This document shows, piece by piece, positions 10,149-22,481 of a DNA stretch of 22,481 nucleotides. Source of the stretch: Paramecium tetraurelia (Eukaryota); NCBI GenBank assembly GCA_000165425.1, contig CT868066.1:124001-146481 (forward strand), written 5' to 3'. The translations under genes and the position numbers were made by a program. Below the pieces are notes generated by a model that was given only the letters and a program-made list of their open reading frames with translations, ran no database searches and was not told the origin of the DNA. How positions within the stretch are numbered: position 1 is the stretch's first letter; every line of letters starts with the position of its first letter.

Positions 10149-11634
10149 ATGCGACCAAGAAAAACCTAAACCATCAGAGAAGTCATGAAAGAGAGCAAAC
10201 CGATCATTGATTAAAAATTAGGAGCAACAAGAAGTAAGAAAGTCAAAAAAAATGAATCCGATGAAGATTCAGATTATGTCAATACATCAACCAAATAAAA
10301 AAAATCTAATTAATCTTCAAAAATCAAGACTTCAACTACTAAATAAAAAGAATCCATACATTCAGATGACTCATAAGATAAATTATCTCCAGAACTAAAA
10401 CCCTCCTCACGCCAAAAAACAAGAACTAAAGCCGAAAAAATGCACGACAAACACAAGTATGATTAAGTTAATTGTTATAGTACAAAAACTGATGAAGTTA
10501 AAGACAAATAAGAAAATTAAAATACAAATTAGGACAAAGAAGATGAAAATCGCGAAAAACCATAAAAATCAGATTAAATTAGGAATAACATTGAAGAAGA
10601 AAACAAATAAAACGATCTTGATCAAAAAAGAGTAAATGGTAAAGATTAAGAATCAAATCAAGAGAATCTAAATAAGAATAATAGTAAGGACAAAGATTTA
10701 TCTAATGAGAATCAGCCAAATAATTTGATATAATAATAGGAGAACGAACATAAGGATGATAAAAATAAAAATGAATTGTCAGATAAAGAAAAGAATAAAG
10801 AAAAACAATTAAATTAAACAGATAATAATGAAGAATAGAAGAATAAGGATCCTTAAGAAAATATAAAAAATAATTAGCCACAAAATTAATCTGATTAAAA
10901 AGTTGCCCTTCAGATAATTGTCACTGCGCCAGAGAGCGAAACCAAGAAAAATTAGAAAGAGGAAGAGGAAGAAAAAGAGTAATAAGAAAAACAATAGAAA
11001 GCTACTGTAGACATTGTATTTTGTTGTGATGCCAATCTTCTGAATAGCAATAGTGTTGATTAAATAAAGGTAAATAATTATTTGACTTTAGAACACCATA
11101 GAATTTATTTTAGAGTAAATAAAAGAGAGAGAAAAGTGTAGTTCTAATATAAAATTCAGCATAGTAAGTTTTAATGATATCATTACAAATTAAAAGTTGC
11201 AATAATGTTAGGTCATTGATTTGTGTGATGAAGAAGAAATTTTATAAAATCTTGATGAGATTAAGCAGATGGTATAGGTGGAAGTATAGAAAGGAGTTTA
11301 TTATGGTCTCAAAGTAGCTACTTAAACCACTAAATGGAGAAGAGAGACTAATAACAAATCTTTTAGATATATTATTCATATTGCAAATAAGTAACTACAA
11401 CTGGACAATCAATCAGAAGAATTAGAAGGTATAATATAAGAGATGAATAATAAAAACATAAGATATAAATATTTAAGGATTGATCAAAAAATTGATTTGG
11501 ATTTTGATGGAAAACAATATCTTTAAAATAAATTGAACAGTTATGAAGAAAGCTTTTTGAAAGAATTTGGAAGTCTTAAAAATGTTGTTAGTGGTATAAT
11601 ATTAAGAGAGCTTACACATGAAAATAATAAATGA
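10149..11634 (+). CDS. Protein with long low-complexity Q/E/N/K N-terminus and C-terminal degenerate von Willebrand factor A domain (487 aa); intron 11070-11091
   Basis: ATG 10149 to TGA 11634, spliced length 1464 nt. vWA-like strands and helices: VDIVFCCD, IKFSIVSFND, GVYYGLKVA..TKWR, RYIIHIA, MNNKNIRY. Confidence 0.82.
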
Positions 11635-12099
11635 TTTTTTATCAAATTTATTAGTATCTAAATCGCATTCTTATGAATCTATAGAAATATGTAATGATAT
11701 TATTACACATCAAGACATTGTGTATGTGTATTATTAATATTATTAATAATATAAGAAAGAAATACATCCATATCTTTATATTCTTCATTGAGACTTATCA
11801 TTTTAGGAAAAATTAAATATTAATTATTATTGAAATATTTGGCAGGAGAAATACCTGTTTGTCAATTAAATAAGGATGGGTAAATAAACAATTAGATCTA
11901 TCCAAAATGTATTATGTTTTCCTTAAATTACTCTATTTCTAATTGCAAAATAATAATCCATTTTCTCGAAAACTTAAAGATATATGATTAATAAAAAAAA
12001 AAGAATTTAAGACCATAAATTGTAGTTATACAAATTTAGGTTAATTTATTTAGATATATTAAATGATCAATTTCTGAATAGTAAACTGCTATTATATAA

Positions 12100-15000
12100 T
12101 CATTCTTTATTCTAATTTTATTCATCCTCATCCAGCAATCTTGTTAACTCTAATTTTAGTATTTTGTGTGCTATTAGAATAGGTCTGACATTTTAATAAT
12201 CTGTTTTCTAATGGAGAATCCTTTTTTCTAGTGTGAATAATATATTGACCCATTCTTGATATATTTCTTATGTCACAAATGGTTATAATTGAGTAAGCAA
12301 ACCTTATATCTCCAACTTATATTAATTCCAAGTTTTCACAACATCATCGAATATTTATTCCATATTTGCTTCCTTGCCAATGAAATCATTGAGTGAATTT
12401 TCAGTAAAGATCTATTAATTAACACAAACTGATGTGAAACGATTAAATGATAAATTCTTTTCACCTTAATGAATAATATCAGCTTGTTCATCAAATAAAT
12501 CAAGAGCTTCTTAGAAATCAAATTTTTCACCTTCTATGTGTCTAAATAAAGTTAAAAATTCATTATGATTAATCTTTTTATTGCCGTCCAAATCAGCAGC
12601 TTGAAACGCATGAATCACAAAAACCTTAGTTCTATGAGTTACATTTCTATATTTATCGAGAACCTTTGACATAAATAAATCTATATCAACCACTCCAGCT
12701 TTGTTTTTTGCATCACTTTCCCTCAAATTATCTAAATCTTATCTCAGTTCCTTAACTTCATCCTCAGTCAACTTATTTTCCAAATGCATTTTGATGTAAC
12801 TAGAAAATCATATTATATATTTACTCTAGCGCTCTCAAATAAGGCACATGAAACTTGGATTCACTGTCTCCTTGCACTATATTAACTCCCAGACTTGTTT
12901 GACTATGAATATATTCCAACCCTGATAGCAGAAATGCTGATTCTTCTTAAGTGAAATTCAGATGTTCATCATGTAAAAGACATAATAATCTAGCAAATAG
13001 ATTCACTCTGAATATTTGACAAAAATGAATCACGGATAATAAGAATTATAAATATTTCTTCTCTGCCACATGTTTGAAACCATATTTATTAAGAAAGAAA
13101 TTGAAGACAAAGATTTACATATCGGCTTCTCCTCCAAAGGATGCCTTTTCTAAATATATTTGACTAATTGTTCTTAAGACATTCTTAACTGGCCAATATG
13201 CAACAACCTTTTTAAATAGATGAGATTATTCTCTGGCTTTTATTGCTAATAGCACTCCAGGATGAGTTAATCTATCAATTGTGGGTATTTATTTCATTTA
13301 TCTGGTTGCAAAATTCAGTCGTAAGGCTCTTTGTATTTTCCCTTTTCTTCGCTTCATTGCCTCTTGCTTTTTCTCTTCTTTTTCTTTCTCTTCATCCAAA
13401 ACATATTCTTCTTCTAAAATTTCCTTGTCATTCTATATCTTCTTCCTTAAAGATTCAAATTCAAATAAAAATTCTTCTGCTATCTAAGTATGTGTTTTGA
13501 ATTAAGATTTTAATATATGAACAGTCAATTTTCTTGCAAAGAGTAAAATCTAAGTTAATAATTCATTTGTTTCATTCATTCGAGTAGTGGCATTTTGTGC
13601 TTTTTGTTTTTGTATCTAATAAAGTAACATCAACATTGTTGTTTATGATTTTGATAAATTAGGTTATTAAAATGTTTCAGCTTTTTCAGTTGAATCAGCA
13701 TATTGAATAGCATATGATGATTAAGATTATTATTATTACGACTAGACATGTTATTATTAAGTTTATTACTATTATTATTACTAGTATTATGATGATACGC
13801 TCATCTTCTTTTTCTTTTATACTTACTTTTCTTATATGTTAATATTCTTTTTTTCTAAATTGTCATTTGATGGAAAATATCTCTATGAACTAATTTGTAC
13901 TTATTATTATTAAGGAACTTGTTATTTTTAATTCTATTTAATTGAATCAATTTTACAAGCACTAGTTTAATTCACTAAGGAACCTGCTTAAGGCGATAAT
14001 TTAATTACTTTTTACGAAGATTACTACGAATTCTATTAAGTATTATTAGAGCCTGTTCCTTATTATACTTATTTGATATTTAATAGTCGATCTGAACCGT
14101 ATTTGTCTAATTCTCGAATCAACTTTTCAGATGTTTCAGACCTATCAATCTAGAGTCTTCTATCTTGCATATAGTCATTTTTCCTTCTACTTAATACATC
14201 AGGCGACCCTTCGTCATTTTCTGGAACCTCATATATTAAATCAATTTTTGTAATGCCTCGAGTATCATAATCCTGAATTGATGGTTCATCAAGATGCATA
14301 TTCATTTGATCACATAATCCATCCAACCAACTTTGTTAATCTAATTGTTATTTTAATTCAAACTCTCTGAAGGTATTTTCTATTTCAGAAGTAGACAAAA
14401 ACTTATCATATTAAGGAGACATTAATTGTAGATCTGTTTGTGTTTCGATAACGCATAGACATTTTTAGAAAGTCTAAACACCAACACTATGACAGACTAC
14501 AGGCAATATTTCAATGACATCTTTGACAATAACATCCTAATTTTATTCAAATTTATTCTGTTAATTTAATTCCTTAAGTACTTGAGATAATGATAAATCT
14601 TATTCTTCTATTACATCATCTGACTTATTCATAGAAGAGTGTTTGTTTTGATTCTTTTTGGAAAGCTGATGCTTTAATTGATCTATCTCCCTTTGTAGAT
14701 TGCCTATCATATTAGCTGCACTTTTTTATATGGTTTACTGTAAGTTAATTTTATTCTATAATTTATTGATAGTCTATTGATAACTGATGCGTTCTGAATT
14801 AATGAGATTTTCTTTCTATTTTAGTTGATTCAATTCTTGAGTTAATTACGAGATTTATAATTATGATCGATTTTCTAACTCCTCCTTTTGTTTGGCTTCA
14901 TTAATATTTTTTTCAAATAATTAAAATTTCAATCTTCTTTTCTCCTCCTCCTTTATCATGAAATGCTTATGAAATACTAATATATAACCCTTAACTAATG

Positions 15001-15649
15001 AGTGAAGCAATTGACCTCTTTCAGCACATTGATAAGATACTTATCTGATGACCTCGAGCAGACAGAGATGCAAGGCTTCAGATAAAGATATTAATTTGTC
15101 TTTGAAATCCTTTTGTGATTGTTGAGTTGCTTCCATGAAGTTTACAAACCATTATTTGAGCATGATGGCATCTCTTCGACCAGTAGGTTGAGCTGAAAAA
15201 AAACTATTGGATTATTGTTTGAGGGAAACCAAAGTAGGAGTGGAATTGATTGCTTTGAATAATGATTATTTTAAGGAAGTCAAAATATGACTGCGATCCC
15301 TTTCTTGGGATAATCCTGATGTGATTTCTTCAAAATTTAATTCTGAGATCTATTCTAATATCGGTAGAATTTCATTCTCATTGACTTGTTCTGATGTCTA
15401 ATCAGATTTCTCCTCAGTTTTGACTCTCAATTGATTACTGAGATAAGCCTGATTCTGTTTTTTTGTCCTCTGTTGTTATACATATTATTATAAATGAAGT
15501 TCAGCAACCAGCTATTTCTATTTAATTTGTTCTTAGACTCTAGCACTGTTCAGACTATCCGTCAGATGTGAAATATCTCTGGTCCTTGTTCTCATGGATG
15601 TCATTGTTCTATTATTTAGAGATTTCAACGAAATTGTATGATCTTTCAT
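12100..15649 (-). CDS. Axonemal dynein light chain (p28-like) domain protein with coiled coil, poly-Q linker and C-terminal EF-hand (1174 aa); intron 12800-12824
   Basis: PTGRRDAIMLKQWF...CLLEVIRQVSYQCAERGQLL resembles the p28 motif ELIRQVTINCAERGLLL. Also FVFNFFLNKYGFKHVAEKK...RVNLFARLL and the EF-hand AFQAADLDGNKKINHNEFLTLF. Spliced length is 3525 nt. Confidence 0.85.
13720..13795 (-). repeat. (TAA/TAG)-rich tract encoding poly-glutamine
   Basis: The minus-strand coding frame reads TAA TAC TAG TAA TAA TAA TAG TAA TAA ACT TAA TAA TAA ... TAA TAA TAA TAA. Confidence 0.7.
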
Positions 15650-15867
15650 AAAATAAATAAATATAAATGTTTGTTTTGTAAATAAATTAATTATCTGGAT
15701 CCAAGTCAATTCTTAAGACACTTTAATTGGTTCTGAATAATTTACCTGTGAAATCATGATTGATATAGATACAACATTTAAAAAGTAGACTAATACTTTC
15801 ACTATCACTTCCCCATTACGATATATATAATCTCTTTAATAATAAGCAAAAATTTGAATATATATTA

Positions 15868-17433
15868 TCATTCTCCTTTACCATATAATACATCTATCTC
15901 TCTATGATTAAGACCCTTGGTTTCTTTTACGAAAAAATAACTAAATATCAAACATAAGAAGGTCAGAATGGTAAATAAGATAAAAGATCCTGTCATGGAC
16001 ATTCCCTCCAACATAAATGGAAACACATAAAGCATGAACAATTACCATACGAACACCGAAATTATACAAAAATAGGTTCCTTCTGATGAGTTAATCTCTG
16101 GTGTCATTGACTATAATTATAATCTAAATTCATTACCCAGCAAATGGGAGAGATAGTCAAAGCATAAACAAATGCAAATAAGCATAGAACTACAAACTTA
16201 ATGATCACAGCAGCCTTATCCTCAGAATAGCTTAATCCAATCACAATTATTTGGCAACAGATGATAAAAATAAGACCAAAAATCAACAAAGTCCTCTTAC
16301 CCCATTTTCCATAAAAGAATTTAGATACATACGCTGGCAACTACTATGAAATCCCCAGAATCAACGAGAAAATTGTATTCATGGTCAAATCATCTTCTAC
16401 CATCGATGCAAAAAATTATTAACTATAAGAAAACACAGCAAATATTCCGCACCATGTATATATAAACATTAGCATACATCCAATTGCCACTGTTGTACGA
16501 TGTTTCTCTGAAAATATGCTGGCTAACCCTTCTTTATGTTCTTCGTTATATTGAACTCTCACCTGAGCCTTCAAAAATGCCTATTCTACTGATTGTTTTG
16601 TATATAGTTTCTCCACTACATTTTTGGCTTATATTTGCAATCCTTTCTCAAGTAATGAGATTGGACTGTCCATCTAGTAAATAACAGTTACAATTAATTA
16701 TCTAAAGAAGAACACTGCAGGAGGTAAAGCAAACATAAGCTACCACCAATAGGTGTTTGGTCCTCTCAAGTCTGAATTCAAATATCCCAATCCCATTATA
16801 TAAGCCATCAAAACTCCTATTCCAATCAAAAAGCCTGCCATAACAGAAAATCGTTCATAATATTTTTAAGGACACAACTCCTTTATGTATATTGGCATGA
16901 CAATACATGAAATCCCATTACAGACTCCATACATAAATCTGAAGGCTAATATCATTTCTCTTATCGGAACCAAAGATAAAATACTTAACATTCCACAAAT
17001 ATCTGCTACTAAGAGGGTCTAATTCCTAGTCAAAACCTACATTAGAAAGTGCGAAGAAACCGCGCCTACTATACATCCTATGGGTAAAATTGCACTGAAC
17101 AGGCCTTACTCTTCGTTCTTAGTACCTTTCAAATCTCTATAAATTAATAGAACAATCATTTTACATCTGATCAAAAACTGTATCAAATGAAGGAGTCAAA
17201 TAAGTAATCGCATATCCAAAGGTAAAACTCCCACTCATGATTCCAATCATTATTATAGTTAAATCGACTATTGAATTTACTTCCTCATCCTTTTCGTTAA
17301 ATAATTAAACAGTTGCTCTTTTCTTAGGTATTTGTTGACCAGTTTTCAGAGCGATTTCTCTAGACAACGCAGATTGATCGGTTTGAAGATATTCAATCTC
17401 TTGAGATTACAAAGGTACTACTTATGATGCCAT
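15868..17433 (-). CDS. MFS sugar-porter family transporter (503 aa); introns 17137-17164 and 16111-16136
   Basis: GSFTFGY, RFMYGVCNG, MPIYIKELCP, MDSP (PESP-like), KWGKRTLLIFG, SPICW^SMTPEI, FFVKETKG. Multiple hydrophobic helices; spliced length is 1512 nt. Confidence 0.92.
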
Positions 17434-18092
17434 AAAATATACAATATAAATAAATTTATGTCCGATTAATTTATCAATTTTCAATAACAATGTAAATTAC
17501 TTTCAATGAATGCATTTTTACAATTATGCTATTTTAATACCATAATCTTGCATTCATATAACAATATATTATTTATTTCGATCAAATTATATTATAAAAT
17601 TCATTAGAAATTCGAGCAGTATAGTACGAACTCATTCATAAGTCTTATTAATAAAGTCACCCATTATTGGAATGCATTCAATTTTAAAAAACAGCCTTAA
17701 ACTTGTTAAGAATTAGATTAATTGCAAAAATAGTTATCTCAGCCTTTCTAGAGAATACAAATATATCTAGTTCTTCTAAAATTTGGCGCAACTTGCCTCA
17801 GAATTTGATATAATGCCATCAACTTATATTATTTATTAATAAATAAAAGCAGAAACGTTAAATAAATTTTTATTCAACAATTATATATGTATATAATTAC
17901 AAAGTTGTTATGTTCTCTTCAATGAGTCATAATGACATATAATTTTGATCTACAAATGTATCAGAGTTCAATAACAGGCAAGTGGTAGCTTGTTATAATA
18001 TTTATAAATCGTCTATTATTCGGGATATGGGTTTTATAAATTTCGAGCATAAAGGCGATTAAATTCTCTTGAAGGAATAATATATTAATTTT

Positions 18093-21000
18093 ATGAATTT
18101 TAAATACATCAATGAAAGAGGCCAATAGATGTCCAGGTAAAAGAGAAATTAAGTTTCAAATTTTGATAACCCAGAATAGTCAACACTAAAAAGTTTACGA
18201 TTGTAGACTGATTTCAATGAAAATCAAGAAGTTGAGCCCTTTCCAATCTAGGAAATTCTTTCTGAGTCGTCTCATGAATCAATTGATTTGCCAGAAAAAG
18301 ACAATCATAAATTCTACCCAACTTTTTTGGGATAAAATCATTCTAGCATTTCAAGATTGTTTTTTTTATAGTACACAACCTATGCTCTACATTTAAAACA
18401 TGAAGTATTGGATAAAAACTATAAAATTACAGATAAGCATCTTCCCGCTTTATCCCCAGAAGACGATTTAAAGTAATTAATAAAGAATTCTTAAAATCAA
18501 ATTTTAGAATTCGATCAAATAACATGTAAAACATTAGTGAAATTAATATTTTTTGGAGAATTGAAATGGATGACTGGAAAATGCATTTTTGCCTATCTAA
18601 TAGAATCAATTTCAAAAAATGGGATTTCTTTTATAATGAGTTACATAATAGCCAGTGTTTCATAAAATGATGCGTAAAATGCTCATATGTACGGAATAAT
18701 TCTAGTCGCATTAAATTTCATTTGTCTTTTGAGTAGACACCACGCAGCTAATTATTCGATGATATTCTCCACAAAAGCTCGTCTAAATTTGATTAATTTA
18801 GTATATATCAAATTAATTGGATTAAATTCCTATTCCTTCAGACAAGCTAACATAGGAAAGATCTTGAATCTAATATCTGGAGACATTAACACTTTGGAAC
18901 AAATGTTTAGTATGATATTTCCAAGTAGTGTGGTCATTATTTCAATGATATTCGCTTGTCTTATTTTATGGCTTAGATTCGATGGTATAATTGGCTTATT
19001 GGCTATTGTATTGTTATTTATTACTTACCCTATTCAAGTCCTAATATCAACATTCAATCAGGAAACATTAAAATTAGCGAAACTTAATTAGGATAAAAGA
19101 TTGACGATTACAAATGAATTAGTAGAAGGAATCAGATTAATTAAAATGCAAGCTTGGGAGAGAGCATTCCAGAAAATAATAATGACAATAAGACAACGCG
19201 AATTTATATGTTTATTAAAAATACTCTTACGCACAGTATTTGATAGATTACTGACTTAAACCTCACATCTATGGTCGAGTTTGTTATATTTCATTATCTT
19301 ATATTATGGAGGCTTTAGAACTGAAATGTAAGTAGCAGAAATGATTTCTACTGTTTAGTTGCTAAATTCATTGAAAATATCATGTGTTTATATAGTTTCA
19401 AATGGAATTCAAGCCTTAATTTAAATTAAAGTAACTTTCGAGAGAATCGCCAACGTGCTTAATCTTTAAAACTATGTAATGCTTAAACTAGAAGATAGCT
19501 AAAATGAATATATTACAAACATAGATTCAGAATAAAGAAAAATAGAATTAAATAATTTCTATGCTTACTGGACACATTCAGTATCCGAAGTTGATAAACC
19601 AATTTTAAAGAATCTGACCTTAAATTTTAAAGAAGGTGAATTATGGGCTATTATTGGAAGAGTTGGCTGTGGAAAATCAACACTTTTGCATTCATTATTA
19701 TGTGAAATCCCATCTTACAAGGGACAGTTGCTGATAGATGGCTAAGATCCAACATTAAACTAATTAAAGATTGCCTATGTTGAATAAGAACCGTATTTAT
19801 TTCCTGATTCTATTAAAAACAATATTCTTTTTGGAAAACCATACAATAATGCACTATATACAAAGGTTACTCAAGCAGCCTAATTGGAAGCTGATTTTGA
19901 AATAATGAAATTCAGAGATTATACTGAAATTGGGGAAAGAGGTGTCACACTTTCAGGAGGTTAAAAAGCCAGAATCTCTTTAGCCAGAGCTTTATATTAA
20001 ACAGCTGATTTGTATTTATTTGATGATCCCTTGTCAGCAGTTGATGCAAGTGTAGCAGAGAACATATTTATGACTGCCATAAAGGGGTTTATTTTTGATT
20101 ATTAAATAGCTCAAAATCCTAAAAAATAAAAACCTATAGTTATTCTAGCAACACATTAAATTTAATATGCAATTAAATGTGATAAAATAGCAATATTAAG
20201 TCATGGAGAATTGATATCTTAAGGAGCTTATGACTAAATTAAACCTAACTTAGAAATGATTAATAGTGAATTAGCCACATAATTAGATAAAACTAAGCTT
20301 GTGAATACAAAAATAGATATTAAATAAGAAAATAAATTAATAAAAAAGAGAAAAAAGGTTTATTTAAAAGAAATTAGAAATCTTATTGTTTAAGAATCTG
20401 ATAATTAATAAATCATAGATTTTTCTGTTTATTTGAGATACTTCAAAAATTGGAACTGCCTAGCTTTCTTTATGGTTGTATTATTAGAAGTGGCACATGA
20501 AGTTTTAACTATGCTATACCAAAGAGTCATTTCTTTGTTTGAATACTATTAAGATATGGGCTAAATTGATTAAACCTATATACTTTTATCTAGTTTAATT
20601 ATTGGATTAATGGTTTGCTGTTTTATCAAGTATCTTCTAAATGTCATTTAAGTGCAAAGAACAACTTAAAACATTCATAAAAAGATGCTAAATTCTATTA
20701 CATTAGCCCCAATATGCTATTTTGATGTAAATCCATCAGGAAGAATTATTAATCGATTTTCTAATGACTTATCTTTGTGTGATAATTAAACAAACATAGT
20801 ATGTTTAGATGTCTTGGAATTGATTGGAAACTTTTTCATTGCCTTAATAACTCTTGCTATCTTGTAACCTTATTTTATCTTTATGATTTGCTTTATCATA
20901 GTGTTAAATCTTTATTAATATCACTTTTACAATAAAATTGTCAGTTAATTAAAAGAAAACGAACTAATTTAAAGAAGTCCATTGTTTGATTTCATAAAAA

Positions 21001-22214
21001 AAACACTTGGAGGATCCATCTAGATTAGAGTTTATGAATAGTAGGATCTATTCAAGAAATAATTTTTAGATTTATCAAATAAATGTAATTTAAATTCATT
21101 AACATATTTTTATTCAATAAGATCTTTTTGCTTTAACATCGATTTTATTGGATTTATTGCTTCATCAATTGGTCTATTCATTTTCCTCAATCTTAATTCG
21201 AATGATGTTGCCGTATTCTCTCAAGGATTATTATTGTTAATCACCTATAACGATGGATTATCCCTTGGCTTAAAACAATTAATTAATTTTGCAACATAAA
21301 TGAGTTCATATAATAGAATGTTTTAAATAGTTGATGTGGATTCTGAAGCAGCTCAAGTGAAAGATATAGACTCTAAATTACCAAACTTTCCAGAATCAGG
21401 CGATATTAAATTCGAGAATGTTTATATGAAATACAGAACTAATTCTGATTTAATTCTTAAGGGATTGTCATTCCAAATAAAAAGCGGAGAAAAGGTTGGT
21501 TGTGTTGGAAGAACTGGAGCAGGAAAATCTTCAATTTTATAGGCCATTTTCAGAATGAGTGAAATAGAAGACTATGAAGATTCAAAGATTGAAATTGCAG
21601 GAGTTGATACTAAATAATTAGGATTATAAAAACTAAGAAGTAGTATAGGAATCATACCTTAATCTCCATTTTTATTCACTGGAAGCCTTCGATCAAATTT
21701 AGATCCATTCGATTAATATGAAGATTAAGCAATTTGGAAAGCTTTGGAAGTAGCCGGATTATTAGGATATGCAAAATCATTTTCTAAAGGTCTATTAACT
21801 GATATTAGTGATGTTAATTCATTATTCTCCACAGGATAAAAATAACTAATTTGTTTAGCTAGAATTTTATTATAAAAGAAGAAGATCATTGTATTAGATG
21901 AAGCCACTGCTAATCTTGATATGAAAACTGATGATTTTATTTAAAATACACTTAAGCAATAGCTTAAGGAATGCACTCTTATTACAATTGCTCACAGATT
22001 GAATACAATTGCTGATTATGATAAAGTAATGGTCATCGAAAATGGAAATGTTATTGAGTTTGATTAGCCTTTCAATCTTTTGGCATAATCACTCAATTCA
22101 ACAATAATAGATAAACAATCTCAGTTTTCTAAACTTGTTTTAAATACAGGGGAATCTAATGCTTAAGCTATTTTTGATATTGCAAAAAAAAAATCGATTC
22201 AAACTTGCAAATGA
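18093..22214 (+). CDS. ABC transporter C family (MRP-like, TMD-NBD-TMD-NBD, no TMD0), 1373 aa, apparently intronless; alternative start at 18129
   Basis: NBD1: [40 protein letters not shown]2: [39 protein letters not shown]. Also [16 protein letters not shown]. The start, both track ORFs and TGA 22212-22214 share one frame. Confidence 0.96.
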
Positions 22215-22299
22215 TTTAATATTTAATTTTTAATAGCGTTATTTAAAATACATTTAATTATATTGGGTATAATAAAATAAAGAAATTTAATCTTAAAAT

Positions 22300-22481
22300 A
22301 TCCTAAATCGTGAATGATTTAAATAAACTTCCACCAATATCTATTCTACTACTTCTTGTTTTTTCTCTTGTTAACTCAATTCGGCTTAACTGTCTAAATT
22401 CCTATATAGTATATATATTAAGATGTCTAAATATAGTTTAACTTCATTTTACATGTATTATGAATAGATATCATCTAAGAT
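22300..22481 (-). CDS. Possible 3' portion of a convergent gene entering from the right edge; stop position unresolved
   Basis: The minus frame reads ILDDIYSQYMQNEVKLYLDILIYILYRNLDSQAELSQQEKKQEVVEQILVEV..., which is protein-like but short and shows no recognisable domain. Confidence 0.35.

Noticed and set aside
11677..12066. About 130-codon TGA-free plus-strand frame in the convergent gap
   Set aside because: It has no suitable ATG, very low GC and no motif. Long open frames arise easily with one stop codon, though a decayed pseudogene cannot be excluded.
15690..15830. Possible H/ACA or other ncRNA in the 218-bp spacer (weak stems, ACA-TTT)
   Set aside because: There is no convincing H box or double-hairpin structure.
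19930..20045. Asymmetric ABC sites (NBD1 Walker B 'DD', NBD2 signature FSTGQ)
   Set aside because: This is normal for the ABCC subfamily.
1..22481. Retained IES, telomeric repeats, transposon or CRISPR array
   Set aside because: All frame breaks I found are explained by GT..AG introns. I saw no C4A2/C3A3 tracts, terminal inverted repeats, transposase motifs or repeat-spacer pattern.

Overview
AT-rich, very gene-dense eukaryotic DNA using the ciliate nuclear code (TAA/TAG = Gln, TGA the only stop), with 22-28 nt GT..AG introns. It is almost certainly Paramecium macronuclear DNA, so the supplied standard-code ORF track only shows fragments. Re-translated by hand with table 6, the window holds: importin-5/Kap121-like karyopherin (partial), proteasome alpha-2, a candidate box C/D snoRNA, a 133-aa hypothetical protein, a PH-like/C2-like/TBC protein, tRNA-Arg(ACG), a NEK kinase with 7 introns, a 289-aa hypothetical protein, a degenerate vWA protein, an axonemal dynein light chain (p28)-domain/EF-hand protein, an MFS sugar-porter and an intronless ABCC transporter. 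The most unusual observations are a bacterial-style ATGA stop/start overlap between the 289-aa gene and the NEK kinase, divergent ATGs 13 bp apart, a 20-bp tandem spacer, the intergenic snoRNA candidate, a tRNA with U53:A61 in place of G53:C61, and degenerate functional motifs in the TBC, vWA and sugar-porter proteins. I found no mobile element, CRISPR array or clear IES, and no evidence strong enough to claim a new system.
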